A stretch of DNA of 64,000 bases, taken from positions 1,187 through 65,186 of IMG/VR virus record IMGVR_UViG_3300046523_000171; one strand, 5' to 3'. Below the pieces are notes generated by a model, which worked only from the letters and a program-made list of their open reading frames with translations, did no database searches and had not been told where the DNA came from. Source of the DNA: a virus. Lineage: Duplodnaviria; Caudoviricetes. Numbering within the stretch: the first letter of the stretch is position 1; each line of letters opens with the position of its first letter. A program made the position numbers and the translations under genes. Below, piece by piece: positions 62,955 to 64,000 of this stretch.

Positions 62955-63371
62955 TTATTTTTCGTCCAGCGCGTAGCCGGTTGCGCGGCCGAAGTCGCGC
63001 AGGACGGCATCGGCCATCTGCTCGGCGGTCGGCTTCTCGCCTGCGGCGGCACCAGCGGCACCGGCAGCGGCGTCAGCGCCGACGTTCGGTTGTGCGGTGT
63101 TCGCCATTGCTTGATGCAGGGTGTTCGTGGTTGCGGCCGGGGCGGCAGCGGCGGCAGCGGCTTTCGGTGCGACGGCCATTGCGGCTTTCGCATCATCGAC
63201 CGACATGCTGGTGTTGAACGCGAAGTGGTTTGCCAGTTCGCCACGGCCTTCGGCTTCGGCGCAGGCCAGGATGCCTTGCACGCGGGCGCGCTCGGCTTTC
63301 GCTGCGTCCTGATTGACGGCTGCTGCCGGTTGGCCTGCGGCCGGGGTGTTGTTGCCTTGAGTCGGGTCCAT
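62955..63371 (-). CDS. Nested scaffolding protein (lambda Nu3-like)
   Basis: In-frame internal ATG with SD GAGG 8 nt upstream; Ala-rich; ERARVQGILAC. Confidence 0.6.
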   Translation of the reverse strand: MDPTQGNNTPAAGQPAAAVNQDAAKAERARVQGILACAEAEGRGELANHFAFNTSMSVDDAKAAMAVAPKAAAAAAAPAATTNTLHQAMANTAQPNVGADAAAGAAGAAAGEKPTAEQMADAVLRDFGRATGYALDEK

Positions 63372-64000
63372 CGTCATTTCCTCGTTGGTAGTGGTTTCAG
63401 TTTTGGCGGCCTGCTCGTCACCTTCGTCGCCGGTCGGAGCGGGATCTGGTTGATCCTGTTCTTCGTCGTCGCCGTCGATTGCCGTTTGCAGCGCCGCCGA
63501 TGGTACTGCAATCTTCGTAATCAAACCGAGTGCGAGCGCGTCGTCGGCCCGGTACGTTCGAGCCTGCGTATCATAAATGATCTTGCTGTCGAGTCCCAGG
63601 TTGCGGGCGACCACGGCCACGAATTTAGCACGCGACTTGTCCACGCTTTTCTGAATGTCGGCCTTCACTTCTGCCGACAGCGCCTCGTACGGATTGCCAT
63701 CGACCTTGTGATCGCCCGAGTAGATGAAGGTGATCTTGTAGCCGTAGGATTCGAGCGCCTTGGACATGTCGATGTGCATCGAGACGACGCCCACCGAGCC
63801 GACACCAGCGGACGGGATTGCGATGATCTTGTCGCACGCGGTAGCGAGTGCGAACGACGCGCTGTAGCAGTTGGAATCGACCACTGCGATGATCGGCTTC
63901 TTGCCACGCGATGCGTAGATCTCGTCGCTCAACTCGAAGCAGCCAGCGGCCTCGCCGCCGAAGCTGTTGTGGTCGTGGATGATGTACTTCACGTCGTCAT
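62955..64000 (-). CDS. S49 family capsid maturation protease (N-terminus beyond window)
   Basis: NSFGGEAAG, CYSASFALA, GSVGVV, YSGDHKVDGNPYE. Confidence 0.9.
   Translation of the reverse strand, partial: DDVKYIIHDHNSFGGEAAGCFELSDEIYASRGKKPIIAVVDSNCYSASFALATACDKIIAIPSAGVGSVGVVSMHIDMSKALESYGYKITFIYSGDHKVDGNPYEALSAEVKADIQKSVDKSRAKFVAVVARNLGLDSKIIYDTQARTYRADDALALGLITKIAVPSAALQTAIDGDDEEQDQPDPAPTGDEGDEQAAKTETTTNEEMTMDPTQGNNTPAAGQPAAAVNQDAAKAERARVQGILACAEAEGRGELANHFAFNTSMSVDDAKAAMAVAPKAAAAAAAPAATTNTLHQAMANTAQPNVGADAAAGAAGAAAGEKPTAEQMADAVLRDFGRATGYALDEK

Noticed and set aside
1-64000. Prophage status, tRNAs or rRNA
   Set aside because: No integrase, att-like flanks, host genes or cloverleaf/rRNA signatures seen by eye. 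The ends are two parts of one head operon, consistent with a permuted phage contig. tRNAscan was not run.

Overview
Nearly complete genome of a GC-rich, Chi-like siphophage (Casjensviridae-type architecture), linearised inside the head module. The portal gene runs off the left edge and the S49 protease gene runs off the right edge. Minus strand 1-11.3 kb: portal, gpW, lambda-type terminase, SNF2 helicase, VRR-NUC nuclease, a family-B DNA polymerase, DUF2815 SSB and DUF2800 exonuclease. Plus strand 11.4-15.1 kb: Cro-like HTH, Prim-Pol/PriCT-2/SF3 primase-helicase and a PAPS-reductase-like (PP-loop) gene. The non-coding 15.1-16.1 kb region holds a candidate 12-nt cos site, paired 29-bp repeats and low-complexity tracts. 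16-33.6 kb is a divergently transcribed early region of about 40 mostly orphan genes (RdgC, two MazG-like domains, winged-helix, zinc-finger and histone-like proteins) driven by six sigma70 promoters that each carry the same palindrome. Minus strand 33.6-64 kb: lysis cassette, paralogous tail-tip/fibre genes, tape measure, frameshifted tail chaperone, tail tube, neck and lambda-type head genes. I found no integrase, tRNA or CRISPR array. The most unusual signals are: (1) a C-terminal acidic 'DDEL'-like tail on about 13 unrelated proteins; (2) a PAPS-reductase-like enzyme with an N-terminal leader resembling the N-terminus of a replication-module protein; (3) the promoter-palindrome network; (4) an H-x10-CG...CxxC zinc module shared by the polymerase and early proteins; (5) an exact AT-rich 19-mer at three loci; (6) Y-x-G-x-[DE]-R-R motifs resembling a c-di-GMP-binding motif in the holin-like and early proteins. 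All calls come from reading motifs by eye; no searches were run.
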